From Yuukianura sp. NJ FZ-2021 (Eukaryota): a stretch of 64,000 nt of DNA. Both the position numbers and the translations under genes were made by a program. The DNA lies in contig CM102285.1 of NCBI GenBank assembly GCA_046563655.1, positions 1,116,001-1,180,000 on the forward strand, given 5' to 3'. Positions 63,029 to 64,000 of this stretch are shown in pieces. Position 1 is the first letter of the stretch. Each line of letters begins with the position of its first letter. The notes under the pieces were generated by a model. The model worked only from the letters and a program-made list of their open reading frames with translations. It ran no database searches and was not told the origin of the DNA.

Positions 63029-64000
63029 GTCACACGAAATTGCTTCAAACCTCAAACGGCGTCTGATGACCAGTAGGTGATGAGAGATGTCCAGAGTCAA
63101 ACAAAGTTCTGAATTGGAAATGACCACTGACTGTGACGAACAACGGTATTTATGCTGATGTTGTGACGTGAAGGAAGGACATACAATTCAAGAAAACGAA
63201 GGGACATGGAACATTGTTTTATCATTTCCTAAAATAAAATCACATTTTTACCTGCTTCCTCAATACCCAGAATTTTAGCCCATTTTCAAAAACCATAATT
63301 TTTTAAATGACTGCAAGTAGAGTTTCCAAAACAAATAAAAAAAAAGCCATTGTTGTCTTCAAAGTCAACCAACGAAAAGTGGAGAACAATGGAAATAAGC
63401 ATGACTTTACGAAGTAAATTACTTTGGTGAAGCGGATTAGCTGGCTAAAAGTTTTCTTATCAGACTAGAGGAAGATTTAAATTTAAAAAAAAGGCTTTGA
63501 AAACTAGAATTTTGAAAACAAAGTGTTCGACGTTTTATTTTTGGGAGCTGGTCAAGCAGTTCAGTTCTGAAGACGATGCAAATGCATATCATTTGTAAGA
63601 ATTTCTAATCTAAAAACAGAAACCTAGAAATCTAAAAACTAATTAAACTTTGGTATTTGTTAAATCTGAATTTATAAAAAACTGAGTTGCTCAATAAATT
63701 ATTTGTTTCCTTGCTTTCGAATTTCAAGCTGCAACTAATTTTCAATCGAATTGTTGTTTTTTTTACATAAGTAAAAAAAATTTAAGAGTCATTAAGTAAA
63801 GCATATTTTGTGATCACACTTTAGACTTAGGTTATTTAACGATGGTTATGTTATTCTACACAATTTGTTCAGAAGAATCCATGCCATTACATCAGGACAA
63901 CACACACACACAAAATGTTGAAGCGCGTTTACATCAGCATTAAATTAAATTGCAACAAAACTCAAACCGAAATATGTTTTGCTATTTCGGTTGGAGTCAC

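Noticed and set aside
1-64000. tRNA or rRNA genes
   Set aside because: None recognised by eye; a covariance-model search was not possible.

Overview
AT-rich, intron-containing animal DNA, probably from an arthropod (clear aristaless and TspanC8 homologues, short introns); it is not prokaryotic. Gene order: 3' end of a WS/DGAT wax-ester-synthase-like gene (+); an intronless, homomeric-type cis-prenyltransferase with an MGNCC lipidation signal (-); Ral GTPase (-); aristaless (+); about 12 kb of non-coding DNA; three tandem copies of a truncated troponin C/calmodulin-derived gene (+), with a satellite-filled defective hAT element in the first duplication unit; a poorly resolved gene (-); a spliced microbial-type class I terpene synthase (-); a whirlin/PDZD7-like gene (+); a two-BED-finger protein (-); TMEM220 (-); a TspanC8 tetraspanin (-); FAM98 (+); an RDH-type SDR (+); and a small orphan gene (-). 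Several hAT-type (8-bp TSD) and Tc1/mariner-type MITEs are present. The most interesting items are three isoprenoid/lipid enzymes of types atypical for animals (cis-prenyltransferase, terpene synthase, WS/DGAT), which may form a specialised terpenoid pathway, and the triplicated half-troponin C gene. All exon structures were assembled by eye and no database searches were run.
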